From contig JAVLKG010000007.1 of assembly GCA_032128875.1 (NCBI GenBank), positions 256,001 to 320,000 of the forward strand: a stretch of DNA of 64,000 bases. Reading direction: 5' to 3'. Origin of the DNA: Candidatus Melainabacteria bacterium 17Bon1m. Lineage in GTDB: Bacteria; Cyanobacteriota; Vampirovibrionia; Obscuribacterales; Obscuribacteraceae. A model generated the notes under the pieces. The model saw nothing but the letters and a program-made list of their open reading frames with translations. It was not told where the DNA came from and made no database searches. Below, piece by piece: positions 18,784 through 28,991 of this stretch; the first letter of the stretch is position 1, and every line of letters begins with the position of its first letter. Both the position numbers and the translations under genes were made by a program.

Positions 18784-19644
18784 ATGCTGGAATTTATCAC
18801 AGTCTTCTTAGTCAGCTACGTACTCCACGCTTGTGGAATCACGATTGGCTATCACCGTCTTCTTTCGCACCGTTCTTTCACGTGCCCGAAGCCGGTCGAG
18901 TACTTCTGGGTTTTTATGGGCTTGCTGGCGTTTGAAGGTTCACCAATCTGGTGGGCTACTATTCACCGCGCTCACCACCGCTGGACCGACACCGAAAAGG
19001 ATCCGCATTCACCGCGCAACGGTTTGATGTACTCCCTCACTGGTTGGTTGAGTGAAAAGGAATACTTGCCGCATCTCGATCCGCACACCCAGTGCAAAGA
19101 TTTGTTCAAGGATCCGATCTACAGATTCATGGAATGCAACGGCAACTTGCCTGCTGGTCACGCGCTTTCCTTCGCCATCGGCTTTGGCTTCAGAGGTATT
19201 CTCTGGGCGCTGTTTGGTTGGCAGGTTGCGCTTGCAAGTTTGCTTGCGGGATTTGCCGTACTGACTATTCCGCTGATGCTCAACGTAGTTTGCCACCTGC
19301 CGGCTCTCGGTTACAAGCTCTACGCCAGTGATGACGACAGCGTAAATGTCTGGTGGGTTGGACTTCTCGCCATGGGCGAAGGTTGGCACAACAATCACCA
19401 TGCTTCACCTGGTTCTGCCAGAACCGGCATGATGCCTTGGGAATTCGACCTTTCCTGGCTGATCATCAAAACCATGCACAAGTTCAAGCTTGTAACACGC
19501 ATGAACGTTGCTACCCACTATCAGCTGTATCGCGCATCAATGAAGCGTCAGTTGATCCAGGCGCGTGCAGGCAAAGTCCCGGCACATCGTCCGATCGACG
19601 TTACATCGCGCAAGCGCAAACGGGCTCGCGTACGGGCTTCCTGA
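18784..19644 (+). CDS. Acyl-lipid/acyl-CoA delta-9-type fatty acid desaturase
   Basis: His boxes GYHRLLSHRSF, HRAHH and GEGWHNNHH; DPHSP. Confidence 0.93.
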   Translation: MLEFITVFLVSYVLHACGITIGYHRLLSHRSFTCPKPVEYFWVFMGLLAFEGSPIWWATIHRAHHRWTDTEKDPHSPRNGLMYSLTGWLSEKEYLPHLDPHTQCKDLFKDPIYRFMECNGNLPAGHALSFAIGFGFRGILWALFGWQVALASLLAGFAVLTIPLMLNVVCHLPALGYKLYASDDDSVNVWWVGLLAMGEGWHNNHHASPGSARTGMMPWEFDLSWLIIKTMHKFKLVTRMNVATHYQLYRASMKRQLIQARAGKVPAHRPIDVTSRKRKRARVRAS

Positions 19645-19689
19645 GGCGGGTTGCATAGTCTGGGGTTGCAAACCCCATCAAAGATTCAG

Positions 19690-19715
19690 AAAGCCGGCGG
19701 TAAGCCGGCTTTTTT
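19690..19715 (+). terminator. Rho-independent terminator
   Basis: AAAGCCGGC-GGTAA-GCCGGC followed by TTTTTT. Confidence 0.85.
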
Positions 19716-20070
19716 GTGTTTGTTTTTCCTGTGCCAAAGTTCAGTCACAGTTTCATCATAAGTAGCCGGTAGATTGACAGTGGGAGTGATGACAGCCCAT
19801 CACTCCGATTTCTTGACCGGTCGTTCCACTTCTTGTTCGGGCAAATGGCGAGTCCCTCCCACCGGACTTGCTTTCGCCTTTGAGCGCGTTTTAAACGCCT
19901 CTCAAACGCCTCTCAATTGCGTCTCAAAGGGGTCTCAAGCGCTTCTGGTCCTGTTTTGAGTGCGTCTCGGTTGATACTTGAGTAATTGCGCTCGGTGAAG
20001 GACAATAGCTGACTTGGTATAACTGACTTTCCGGTCTTGCCGAGAGGTGGTTTTGATTTTGGAAAATGCA

Positions 20071-20937
20071 ATGTCGCCTGTGAAAACGCAAGTGCTCGAC
20101 AGCATCGATGCAGTTCGCCTCTGGCGCCGCGCGGCCAGTGTCGCCGGAGAAAGAGTTGGTTTTGTGCCAACGATGGGCGCCCTTCATGAAGGGCATCTGA
20201 CCCTCATGCGCGCTGCACGCAAAGAATGCGACAGAGTTATTGCTTCCATTTTCGTCAACCCGTTGCAGTTCGCCCCTCACGAAGATTTCGGCAAATATCC
20301 GCGCACTTTCGATCGTGACCTCGAACTGATGAGTCAGGAAGGTGTGGACGCTGTCTTTTATCCCAATGAAAAGGAAATGTATCCAGAAGGCCGCGAGTCG
20401 GTCACCAGGGTCATGCCTCCGACAGAATTGGCTGATTGCCTGGAAGGACATTTCCGCCCCGGTTTTTTTGTCGGCGTAGCCACCGTTGTGGCCAAGCTTT
20501 TCAACATTGTTCTTCCTGAAGCGGCCTTCTTTGGTGAAAAGGATTATCAACAATTGCTGGTCGTAAAACGCATGGTGCATGATTTGAACTTGCCGATTCA
20601 GGTCACTCCGGTTGCGACTGTTCGCGAGAATGACGGATTAGCGCTCAGCAGCCGTAATGTTTATCTCTCCGATGCAGAAAGAAAAGTCGCGCCGCTACTA
20701 AATCGCACGCTCAATTTTGTAAAAGACTCGGCGCAATCTGGACAGTTGAGTCTGGAAGCGGCGCTGGAAAAAGGCCGCAATGACTTGCTGGCGTTGGAGG
20801 GGGTCGAACTGCAGTATTTGGAAGCGAGGCATGGCGAGACTTTCCAGCCTGCCACTCAGTTTGAATTGCCGACAGTCATTTTGCTCGCGGCAAAACTGAA
20901 GAGCGTGCGTTTGATTGATAATGTCGTGGCACGCTGA
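20071..20937 (+). CDS. panC: Pantoate--beta-alanine ligase
   Basis: VGFVPTMGALHEGH, SIFVNPLQF, FGEKDYQQ, DGLALSSRN, RLIDN; start may lie up to 24 nt upstream. Confidence 0.97.
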   Translation: MSPVKTQVLDSIDAVRLWRRAASVAGERVGFVPTMGALHEGHLTLMRAARKECDRVIASIFVNPLQFAPHEDFGKYPRTFDRDLELMSQEGVDAVFYPNEKEMYPEGRESVTRVMPPTELADCLEGHFRPGFFVGVATVVAKLFNIVLPEAAFFGEKDYQQLLVVKRMVHDLNLPIQVTPVATVRENDGLALSSRNVYLSDAERKVAPLLNRTLNFVKDSAQSGQLSLEAALEKGRNDLLALEGVELQYLEARHGETFQPATQFELPTVILLAAKLKSVRLIDNVVAR

Positions 20938-21821
20938 TGGACGAAATCAAGTCACTGGCTGTAATTGGTCCTGGAAGAGTTGGGACTGCAATCGCTGTTG
21001 CAGCTAGGCGTGCCGGAATTCGCGAAATTTACTTGGGTGGACGTCATCTCGATAAAGTCGAGCAGTCCGCACGATTGGTAGAAGGTGCAAAGGCGTGGCG
21101 TATGGCGGAAGCCGCTCATCACGCGGATATTGTTCTTATTTCAGTAAGCGACAGTTCAGTTGAATTGGTGGCGAAACAGCTCGCTGAGGAAGACGCCTTT
21201 CGCAAGGGAGCTGTAGTCGCGCATTTGAGCGGTGCACTCGATAGCAGCGTTTTGAAGCCTGCTAAGACGTTGTGCGGCGCATTTATTGCTTCTGCGCATC
21301 CATTGAATACATATCCGTCCGTTGCGGCTGCGGTTGATGAAAAGCCCGGTACGCACTGGTTTTTGGAAGGGGACGCCGAAGCAATTGAGAAGCTTTCTCG
21401 ATTAATTTCTGTGATTGGTGATTTGCCTCATGCCATCACCGGTGAAGGCAAAGCTATCTATCATGCTGCTTCTGTTGTTGCCTGCAACTATCTCTCAACC
21501 CTTATGGATACTGCGCTCGAGATGATGGTCCAAGCAAAAGTAGAGAAGGACGTCGCCTGGAAGGCTTTGAGACCGCTTGTATTTGCCACTATGAGCAATA
21601 TCGATAATATCGGTCCCCAAGCAGCTCTCACGGGACCCATAGCGCGTGGTGATGAAGTCACTGTGGAGAAACACATGCAAGCAATGCACAATTCTTCAGA
21701 AGAGCAAAGAAGGCTTTATGCTGCTCTGGGATTGAAAACAGTGGATCTTGCTTTGCGCAAAGGAAGCATCGACGAAAATGCGGCCAATAAAATCACGCAA
21801 AAGTTGAAGCAAATGTTTTAA
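20937..21821 (+). CDS. Rossmann-like/DUF2520 oxidoreductase (candidate PanG-type ketopantoate reductase)
   Basis: IGPGRVG, HLSGA, HPL, YHAASVVACNY, ALTGPIARGD; start overlaps the panC stop. Confidence 0.85.
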   Translation: MDEIKSLAVIGPGRVGTAIAVAARRAGIREIYLGGRHLDKVEQSARLVEGAKAWRMAEAAHHADIVLISVSDSSVELVAKQLAEEDAFRKGAVVAHLSGALDSSVLKPAKTLCGAFIASAHPLNTYPSVAAAVDEKPGTHWFLEGDAEAIEKLSRLISVIGDLPHAITGEGKAIYHAASVVACNYLSTLMDTALEMMVQAKVEKDVAWKALRPLVFATMSNIDNIGPQAALTGPIARGDEVTVEKHMQAMHNSSEEQRRLYAALGLKTVDLALRKGSIDENAANKITQKLKQMF

Positions 21822-22341
21822 CAATTTCCCTTTGCGCTACATTAAACGAAAGGTCCAGCCTGTCAGCTTTTATAAAGAATCAACATTTGTCCTTTCGTTC
21901 GGTTACGAAGTTCAAAATTTGTCGAATTCATTGCATATTTGCGACATATTCATTGAAACTGGCTTGGGCTGTTGATTTGAAAAGATGAAACGCGAATTTC
22001 GACTCTTTCAGAAAAATTCTTAGCGCAGAGTAATTTGATCGTTTGTATATACGCCCTGGGGCGTCTTTGGCGACTCTTGGACCTCTTTATGCTTATGCGA
22101 ACGTGTTGCATTTTGGTCTCATCGGGAAATTACAAATGAGGTTAAACCTTGCCTGAAGGGGTTGTCATCCTCATTAGACGCGTTTAGACTTGTGGAGTTA
22201 AGCGCGATGTTTCATTGCCATGCATTAAATCAAGTACCGGCCTGGTTGCGGGCTGTGTGCCGGATTCTTCGCGCCAACTTCCAGGGTTTCAGAATCGCAC
22301 TGTTATAGCGTTCTGAATGAGAGCTAGAGAAAGGGGTTTTT

Positions 22342-23547
22342 ATGCTGATCTCGACTGCTAACTTCGCGAGCAGCGCTGGCAGTGTAACGAGCATTGCTCC
22401 AAAGCCTTATGTTTCTGTGCAAGCAGAGATTAGTGCTGCCACCGCGACACGCATGAGCGTGCTTATTGATGGTGATGCGGCGCTTGCTGTTTCCTGCCTT
22501 CTAGCGCAGAACGGTCACTCAGTGCGTGTTTGTGCTTTGAATAAAACAGCGCAAACACCTGCCGAATTTGAAATCAGAACCCGTCATGCCAGTGTTGGAA
22601 GTTTTCGTGGCAGAGTCCCTTATAGAAGTATAGAGACTGATATCGAGAAGGTTTTCTACGAGTCTGATGCAATCATTATTTCCAGCCCTGCCACTGAATA
22701 TGGTGCAATGGTTGAGAAGATTGTTTCTCATCTGCGTCATCAGCAAACCATTCTTTTAGTAAATGCTCCGCTGGGAGCTGGTATGCAATTTGCTCATGCC
22801 ATCAAAGCGACTGGAGCCGATTTACAGCTCAATATTGTGGAGATGGGCACGCTTTTCGATTGCGCAAAAGTGGAAGCCGATGTTCTCCTTATCACCGGAT
22901 TGCGAGACAACGTAAGTGTTTCTGCCAACAAGCGCAATGAAATGCGCAGAGGCTTGTTTGTCGCTAACGCAGTGGCAAAAGGGCTTGTGCCTTCATCGAA
23001 TTCTATCGAGCGTGGACTTTCCGATGTGGAGCGTATGCTTCGCCCGACACTCCTGGTGGCAGGTATGCTCGGCGGAAGAGATGTTTCTCTTGACAATATT
23101 CAATCTTGGTTGAACCCTTCTCTGGTATCGATCGTTTCTCGCTTGGACGCCGAAATACAGGGTCTTGCCAGGGTTTTCAAGGGTGTTGTGCCATCCTTCT
23201 CGCGAGCTCTGCGAGAGTTTGCAATCAATGCACCTATTGCAGAGATCGGCGCGACCGAAGAGTTGGAGCCACTTTTGCTCAAACTCGGGCAGAGCATGTT
23301 TGATACCGCCGATGGAGTTGACCTCGGTACGGTCAATGAGTTTGTAAAACGCGATATCGTTGAAACCCTGATTCTAATTGCCGATTTTGCCCGCTTGGCA
23401 AGATATCAAATGCCTGTACTGCAGAGCGTTATTCAACTTGGCGAAGTAATTCTGGGCAGCGAATTTGCAAAAGAAGGTCGTAAGCTTGAAGACCTCGGTC
23501 TGGTCGGCTTCGACATCGATGAGATTGTGGAACTGTTTAACGCCTAG
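22342..23547 (+). CDS. Divergent opine/octopine dehydrogenase family protein
   Basis: Rossmann-like N-half; RLDAE, MPVLQSVIQL and FAKEGRKLEDLGL in the C-domain; GxGxxG absent. Confidence 0.65.
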   Translation: MLISTANFASSAGSVTSIAPKPYVSVQAEISAATATRMSVLIDGDAALAVSCLLAQNGHSVRVCALNKTAQTPAEFEIRTRHASVGSFRGRVPYRSIETDIEKVFYESDAIIISSPATEYGAMVEKIVSHLRHQQTILLVNAPLGAGMQFAHAIKATGADLQLNIVEMGTLFDCAKVEADVLLITGLRDNVSVSANKRNEMRRGLFVANAVAKGLVPSSNSIERGLSDVERMLRPTLLVAGMLGGRDVSLDNIQSWLNPSLVSIVSRLDAEIQGLARVFKGVVPSFSRALREFAINAPIAEIGATEELEPLLLKLGQSMFDTADGVDLGTVNEFVKRDIVETLILIADFARLARYQMPVLQSVIQLGEVILGSEFAKEGRKLEDLGLVGFDIDEIVELFNA

Positions 23548-23558
23548 TGGCAAGAATT

Positions 23559-23585
23559 GCGGGCGAGCCGCCCGCGCTCCCAGGT
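23559..23585. repeat. Short REP-like palindrome downstream of the gene
   Basis: GCGGGCGAGCCGCCCGCGCTCCCAGG. Confidence 0.45.
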
Positions 23586-24093
23586 TTGTACACCATTGAG
23601 AGAGTGCGGCCAGCTACGTCACAACTTGCGCCAGTTAGCTTCAATTCGCAGTGAAAACGGCTAAAAATCGGCTGGGTTGGCATTTCACCCGCGCTAGTTA
23701 AACTGCCTCTTTTGATCTTTGGTTTTCAAGGTGATTGAACCGTGATAGCTGAAGCTAATAGCCTATGGAAGTTTTGCTGCCATATGTTTCTCCAGGAGTC
23801 CCCTTTAACTTAGTTTCCCGATAAAAGTCTCTGTTTCCCATACAGGTCTTTGGATGCGTCCCCCGCGGGATGTGATGGAAACGTGGTTCAAGTGGCGCTG
23901 CTTGATTGGAGCAAAATTCAGAAAAGTTCTGGTGTGGCCCTGAAGATGTGCTCGCGCAACGACGATGTACGCGCGCTCATGTCTTTTGGTCCTGGATGCG
24001 CAGATTTGCCGACTGATGCTCAGTTCGCAGATGCTGCCCCTCCCGCACCACAAAAATAACAGCCGACTTTTAGTCGTGCGAGGAATCCCAACT

Positions 24094-25140
24094 ATGGTCA
24101 AATTCATAACTCCGGAGGTCCTCGACCGTCTGGGCTACAGCCGTGTGTCCGAGATAACCGATGAGGAAATCTGGGACACCCTGATCACGCCTATGACCAA
24201 AGGACTTCTAGGCAAAATCCTGCGCAAGGATGCGCCCAAACTGATGGAGACCGTTGCCGGCAAGTTCCCTGGCGACGAGGTCACGAACTTGAACAACCAC
24301 CTGCTCTACGGGCAGCCTGGTTTCGTTCGTTACCCCTACCTGCACACCTTCTGGAAGACCCGCCACGGAGCCGTCGTCATCAAACGCGACCGCCTGAAAT
24401 TCGAGGTCCTCTGCTGGTACGGTGATGTCGAAAAAAATCGCGGCGAGTTGATTTACAAAGCTGGTCTGCGCGATCGCCGTTTTGACGGCACTCCGCAGGC
24501 AAACGATTGTGCTCTGCTCGACTTTCCGTACGACGACCCAGTCTTCAACCGCCAGATAGCACCCGGCCTTCGCTCGGTCGAGCTGTCTGTCTACGGTTTT
24601 ATGCCCGGGTCGAAGATTTCGGAGGGCGATGGCGACACTGAGTTCGAGAGCTTTATTCAGCAGCCCTTCCAGTTCCTGGACCGCCCTGAGAAATTCATGG
24701 CGCTGTTCAAGCGAGCCTGGAAAGGTCGCCGAGCTCCCGGACAATACGGCAAGCCGATCGATGACATCAGTGAAGATGTGCTTCCTGCCTTTGAACAGCT
24801 AGCGGCAAAGTACGGTTTCGACATGATCGAAGCTGCTCCAAGTCACTACCACGTTGCTCGATGGGTGCTCAACAATGGGTATACCTTCGCGTCCGCTGAG
24901 GACAAGGCGACGTTCAATGGCTTCTCCGAGGGACTGGAGCGCATTCGCGCTTCCGGCACTCCCCTGACTCGCCAACAGCAGTCCTGGGTGTGCGTGATTC
25001 AAAGCCTGAAACCGGCCGAACTCATTCCTCAGGAGCTTCAGCTTCCGGGGTTGGTTTGGCCTCAGGACAATCTCAGCAAGCGCTGCCTCTGGCTTTACCG
25101 GCCAATCTCCGAGGCGGCGAAGGCGCTAAAACTTTCCTAG
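24094..25140 (+). CDS. Uncharacterised protein, tandem paralogue 1
   Basis: AGGA SD; full-length alignment with the next gene. Confidence 0.85.
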   Translation: MVKFITPEVLDRLGYSRVSEITDEEIWDTLITPMTKGLLGKILRKDAPKLMETVAGKFPGDEVTNLNNHLLYGQPGFVRYPYLHTFWKTRHGAVVIKRDRLKFEVLCWYGDVEKNRGELIYKAGLRDRRFDGTPQANDCALLDFPYDDPVFNRQIAPGLRSVELSVYGFMPGSKISEGDGDTEFESFIQQPFQFLDRPEKFMALFKRAWKGRRAPGQYGKPIDDISEDVLPAFEQLAAKYGFDMIEAAPSHYHVARWVLNNGYTFASAEDKATFNGFSEGLERIRASGTPLTRQQQSWVCVIQSLKPAELIPQELQLPGLVWPQDNLSKRCLWLYRPISEAAKALKLS

Positions 25141-25281
25141 CAACAGCAAATTTACTTGCTTCATCGCTTAGAGGAAGGCGGGATAACAGCACCAGGTGGT
25201 GCCGGTTCTCGCCTCCAACTTCACGCGTGTGTGGACCTCAAGTCTCCTCTCGCGTGTTGAAAAATCTAAAGGAGACCCCCT

Positions 25282-26343
25282 ATGTCCAATGCATTTCCAT
25301 CTGCAAACTTTACTGAAATGCTGGGCATTACACCGATCGCGCTGGTCTCAGATCAGCAGATTTGGGACGAGCTCCTGACACCACAGGTGAAGGCATTCCT
25401 GGGAGAAATCCAGGGAGCGCCGACTGTGCGTGTCCAGGAGACCGTGTCTGGTGAGTTTCCCGGCGATGAGGTCACCAATTTGAACGGACACCTCCTGTAC
25501 GGAAAGCCTGGCTACGTCCGGTTTCCGTACATTCAGACCGTCTACCGTACCAAGTACGGTTGCGTGATCATCAAGCGTGATGGTCTGAAGTTCAAAGTGA
25601 CAGCCTGGGTTGGCAAACGCGGCAAGCAGGAGCTCATCTTCCGAGCTTCTCTGCGTGACCGGCGCTACGACGGGACGAAGAGGGCGGACGACAGTTCGCT
25701 TCTCGACTTCACGTACGCGGACGCCATTAACGCACCGCTTCAGAAAGACGGCAAGTCGATCGACGCAAAGTCGGTCGAGCTGTCGATCTACGCGTTTATG
25801 CCTGGCTCCAAGATCGCCTCGGCGTGTGGTGACAATGCGTTCGAAGAATTCGTGCGCAATCCCTACACCTTCCTCGACCGTCCGAAGCTCTTCATCAAGT
25901 ACTTCCGGAAGGCGTGGAAAACCGAGCGGTCGCCGGGTCAGGTTGCTAACCCGATCCCCGACGTGTCCGGTATCACTCCCGCTGTTTTCGAAAAGTTCGC
26001 TACCGAAGCGGGCTACGATTTCATCGAGAACTCCTCGAGCCACTACCACATCGCAATGTGGGGTGTTTCGCTGGGCTACCGTTACACCCTGCCTGAGAAC
26101 GCCAAGGTGCTCGCCGCTTTTACTGCTGGAATCAAGCAGCTGAAGGCGAGCGGCATCGAACTGACGCGTCCTCAGGAGTCGTGGGTATGCGTCCTGCAGA
26201 GTCTGCCCAAAGAACATCTTCCCAAGGACCTCAAGGTCCTGGACCTCGCTGGTCCGGTTTGGCCCCAGGACAACATCGGTCCTGCCAACCTGTGGATGAA
26301 CAAACCGCTTACAGAGCGGGCAAAGCAGCTTCTGCCAGAGTGA
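25282..26343 (+). CDS. Uncharacterised protein, tandem paralogue 2
   Basis: AAGGAG SD; shares FPGDEVTNLN, LRDRR, FMPGSKI, PGQ, SHYH, SWVCV and WPQDN with the previous gene. Confidence 0.85.
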   Translation: MSNAFPSANFTEMLGITPIALVSDQQIWDELLTPQVKAFLGEIQGAPTVRVQETVSGEFPGDEVTNLNGHLLYGKPGYVRFPYIQTVYRTKYGCVIIKRDGLKFKVTAWVGKRGKQELIFRASLRDRRYDGTKRADDSSLLDFTYADAINAPLQKDGKSIDAKSVELSIYAFMPGSKIASACGDNAFEEFVRNPYTFLDRPKLFIKYFRKAWKTERSPGQVANPIPDVSGITPAVFEKFATEAGYDFIENSSSHYHIAMWGVSLGYRYTLPENAKVLAAFTAGIKQLKASGIELTRPQESWVCVLQSLPKEHLPKDLKVLDLAGPVWPQDNIGPANLWMNKPLTERAKQLLPE

Positions 26344-26464
26344 CACAACCCGGGCGAATGCGAAAGTATTCACCCCCCAGACGTGTAATGCGTCACCTCG
26401 GCTCACCGAGGTTCACTCTAGAAAACGGTGCAGCCTGAGAAATGCACTGCTCTCTTATCGATTC

Positions 26465-26510
26465 AGAACCGGGTTTCTCTCAGGCGGAAACCCGGTTCTT
26501 CTTTCTTTTT
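26465..26510 (+). terminator. Rho-independent terminator
   Basis: AGAACCGGGTTTC / GAAACCCGGTTCT stem followed by a T-rich tract. Confidence 0.8.
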
Positions 26511-27218
26511 GAGAGGATACTATATAAAAGCGTAGAACGAACTTTCTCTGTTTTCATGCGGCTTTCGTTTGAGGCAGATTTCTTCTTGATTTAGTTCTAC
26601 GCAATTCTCGTTTTCCTTCATGCGCGTTCGTCTTGTGCATTGTTTTTCTGAATGCAGTGATTAGCGCAGGAATGGGAAAGTATCTCGGAGGACACTGCGT
26701 ATCCGGTGCGTAACTGCCTTCGATTATTTCAACAATCTTTCGACTAAAACTGTGTTGTTTTGACGTCAATAACTATTATGAGAAGCCTGTCTTAGGGCTT
26801 ACGACTCGCACTAGCTATGACACTGTATTTGGTGCATCTGTTTTGGTCTTTTCAATGATGCTGCAACATTAAATGGAGTGGAGAGCCGCTTGGAAAGCTC
26901 GATATTGCAGCGGCAGTAGCCTGTTTCAGCCTTGATGTAATTTTGATGTCGGAACTTTCAACAAGCATTCAAAGCAGGTGCTGGCCTTGCGTTGGAGGAT
27001 TGCGAAGTCTAGGGTGAAAATATTGTTTTTCAGTTTTTCAATTTTCCAGAAACCCTTTACCAACCCAAAGTCCGCACTATAACAGCATCTACCAAGCAAA
27101 CCTTTCGGTTTGCTGTCGCACTGCTTGCGTTTGACTTGCGTCTTTTCGCGTCATGCAGGCATTGAATCACCGTTGTTAAGCGGTAAAACCCAACGTCACA
27201 ATTGAGAAAGGTGGACAT

Positions 27219-28208
27219 ATGTTCTTAGGATATGGCATTGCTATTGCCATCATCATCGAGTGGTGGCGCCGTCGCAAAGACCGTTTCAAAGATCCATCCG
27301 CAAGCTGGATGACAGATTTTGTTCGCGATGAATTGCTTCCAGTTGATGAATCAAAATTGTCTGCAGAGGCTAAGTACGAGCGTTTCCTAAAACGCTACAA
27401 CAGACAATGGCGTGACAAATACGGTAGTGAGTCAATCTATCGCGTCACAACTATTGCCAATCTTGTCGAGCTGTATATCAGTCAGAGGCGGTATTACGAG
27501 GCTCGCGGGTGGCAAAACCTGGTCATCCAAATTATGGAATTTAACGGCGTCGATAAGGACAAACTGGCTTCTGCGTATGAGAAGCTGGCGGTTCTCGAGC
27601 TTCACATGGGACGCGTCATTGAAGCTTCTCTGAACTATCGCAAGGCAGCAGTTATTTATCGAAGTGTGCAAAATTTCAAGGCACTTTCAGAGTGTCTGAT
27701 TGCTCACTTTGACACCATCGCCAACCGCGAAATGTCTGAGGAAGCATTGGCTATAAGCTGCGAGCTTATTGATGTTTTTGAGATCTTGTATGGACCTACG
27801 TCGATGCAAGTTGAGACGCATCTCTTGCACGCAGAGGCTTCGCTTGAGCGTGATAAGACTCCCGCCCACCGGCGTCAGTTGCTTCAACTGCTGATTTCCT
27901 TGCACGTCAGTGAAGATGCACTTGGCAAAGATCATTACGCGGTCGCGGGCGACTTGAGGCGATTGTCGGCGTTTTTTGCAACTCAAGGAAAAGTCATTGC
28001 CGCCGCCGATCTTGCTGAGCGTTCTGGCAAAATCATGCTTTTGAATAAAGTCGACGGTGTCGATTATCCGGGCATCGAGCGAGACTTGCTTGAGGTAGCA
28101 GATTGGCTCGAGCAGCGGAATCAGGACGCCGATCGCACGGTTGCGTTTCACATGCGTAAGCGTGCAGAGCGTATTGCAGAAAAACGCCTTTCCAAAGGAA
28201 AGAGGTAA
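27219..28208 (+). CDS. Membrane-anchored TPR-like protein
   Basis: N-terminal hydrophobic anchor; kinesin-light-chain-like repeats (LYGPTS, LGKDHYAVAGDL); AAGGTGG SD. Confidence 0.75.
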   Translation: MFLGYGIAIAIIIEWWRRRKDRFKDPSASWMTDFVRDELLPVDESKLSAEAKYERFLKRYNRQWRDKYGSESIYRVTTIANLVELYISQRRYYEARGWQNLVIQIMEFNGVDKDKLASAYEKLAVLELHMGRVIEASLNYRKAAVIYRSVQNFKALSECLIAHFDTIANREMSEEALAISCELIDVFEILYGPTSMQVETHLLHAEASLERDKTPAHRRQLLQLLISLHVSEDALGKDHYAVAGDLRRLSAFFATQGKVIAAADLAERSGKIMLLNKVDGVDYPGIERDLLEVADWLEQRNQDADRTVAFHMRKRAERIAEKRLSKGKR

Positions 28209-28212
28209 TCGA

Positions 28213-28713
28213 ATGAAGACGAAGAATTTCCCCGCGGGGCTGCGCTCCGATTTGCTTATCGTTGTGTCCAAGCGCCTCGATGAGCTTCTGGTTGACGCAA
28301 ATCTTGATGCGTTTCTGTTCGGCGAGCTGCGCAGATCTTTTCAAAAGCTCGACATGCTCGTCGTTGTTTCATACGATCCGTGGAGCAAGTGGCCTTGGAA
28401 GCGCACGCCGGTGTCGTTCCATTCTGATTTGTATGAACGCACTCAGCGGCAGCGCATAACTGATCTTGTCGCACCACAGATTGTTGATTTGATGTTGCGT
28501 GAGATGTCTGAGAATTCGCAGAAGGTCTTGTTTCACTTGAGAAAAGAGAATCTTCTGGCAGCGCTCAATCGCTTTTACATCAACCAATTCACCGGTGATG
28601 CAGTGGCTCGTCTGATTCTGCAAATGGCGGTGGATAGTGTCATGGAAGAGGAGGGAGTGCTCACGCGGGAAGCTTTGAACGAGATGTTCTCTTCGGAGAG
28701 TAGCGACCTCTAA
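28213..28713 (+). CDS. Hypothetical protein
   Basis: GAGGT SD; starts 4 nt after the previous stop. Confidence 0.6.
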   Translation: MKTKNFPAGLRSDLLIVVSKRLDELLVDANLDAFLFGELRRSFQKLDMLVVVSYDPWSKWPWKRTPVSFHSDLYERTQRQRITDLVAPQIVDLMLREMSENSQKVLFHLRKENLLAALNRFYINQFTGDAVARLILQMAVDSVMEEEGVLTREALNEMFSSESSDL

Positions 28714-28991
28714 GGCTCAAAGTGTTGACAGTGCCATAGAGCGCTGGAAAGGGCGAGACTGCGTTTAGACAGAAGTAGTCTGCATGCAGTGGGTTTGTGG
28801 AGTGTTTGGGCTAATGCCGCCTCCATTTTTTTTCGCGCCTTTGATACTAAAGTTTATAGTTAACCCTGCGGAACTTAGAAGCCTTAGCTCCGTCGACATC
28901 TGGGAGCTGCGAGGGCAGCTCTTTTCATTGTTTACATCAGTAAATGCCTGAATGGCGGATACATCGGAGCCCCGGAGAAAGGACCTTTTTT

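Noticed and set aside
19645-19689. tRNA-like element after the desaturase
   Set aside because: A single GCAA-loop hairpin; no cloverleaf or T-loop consensus.
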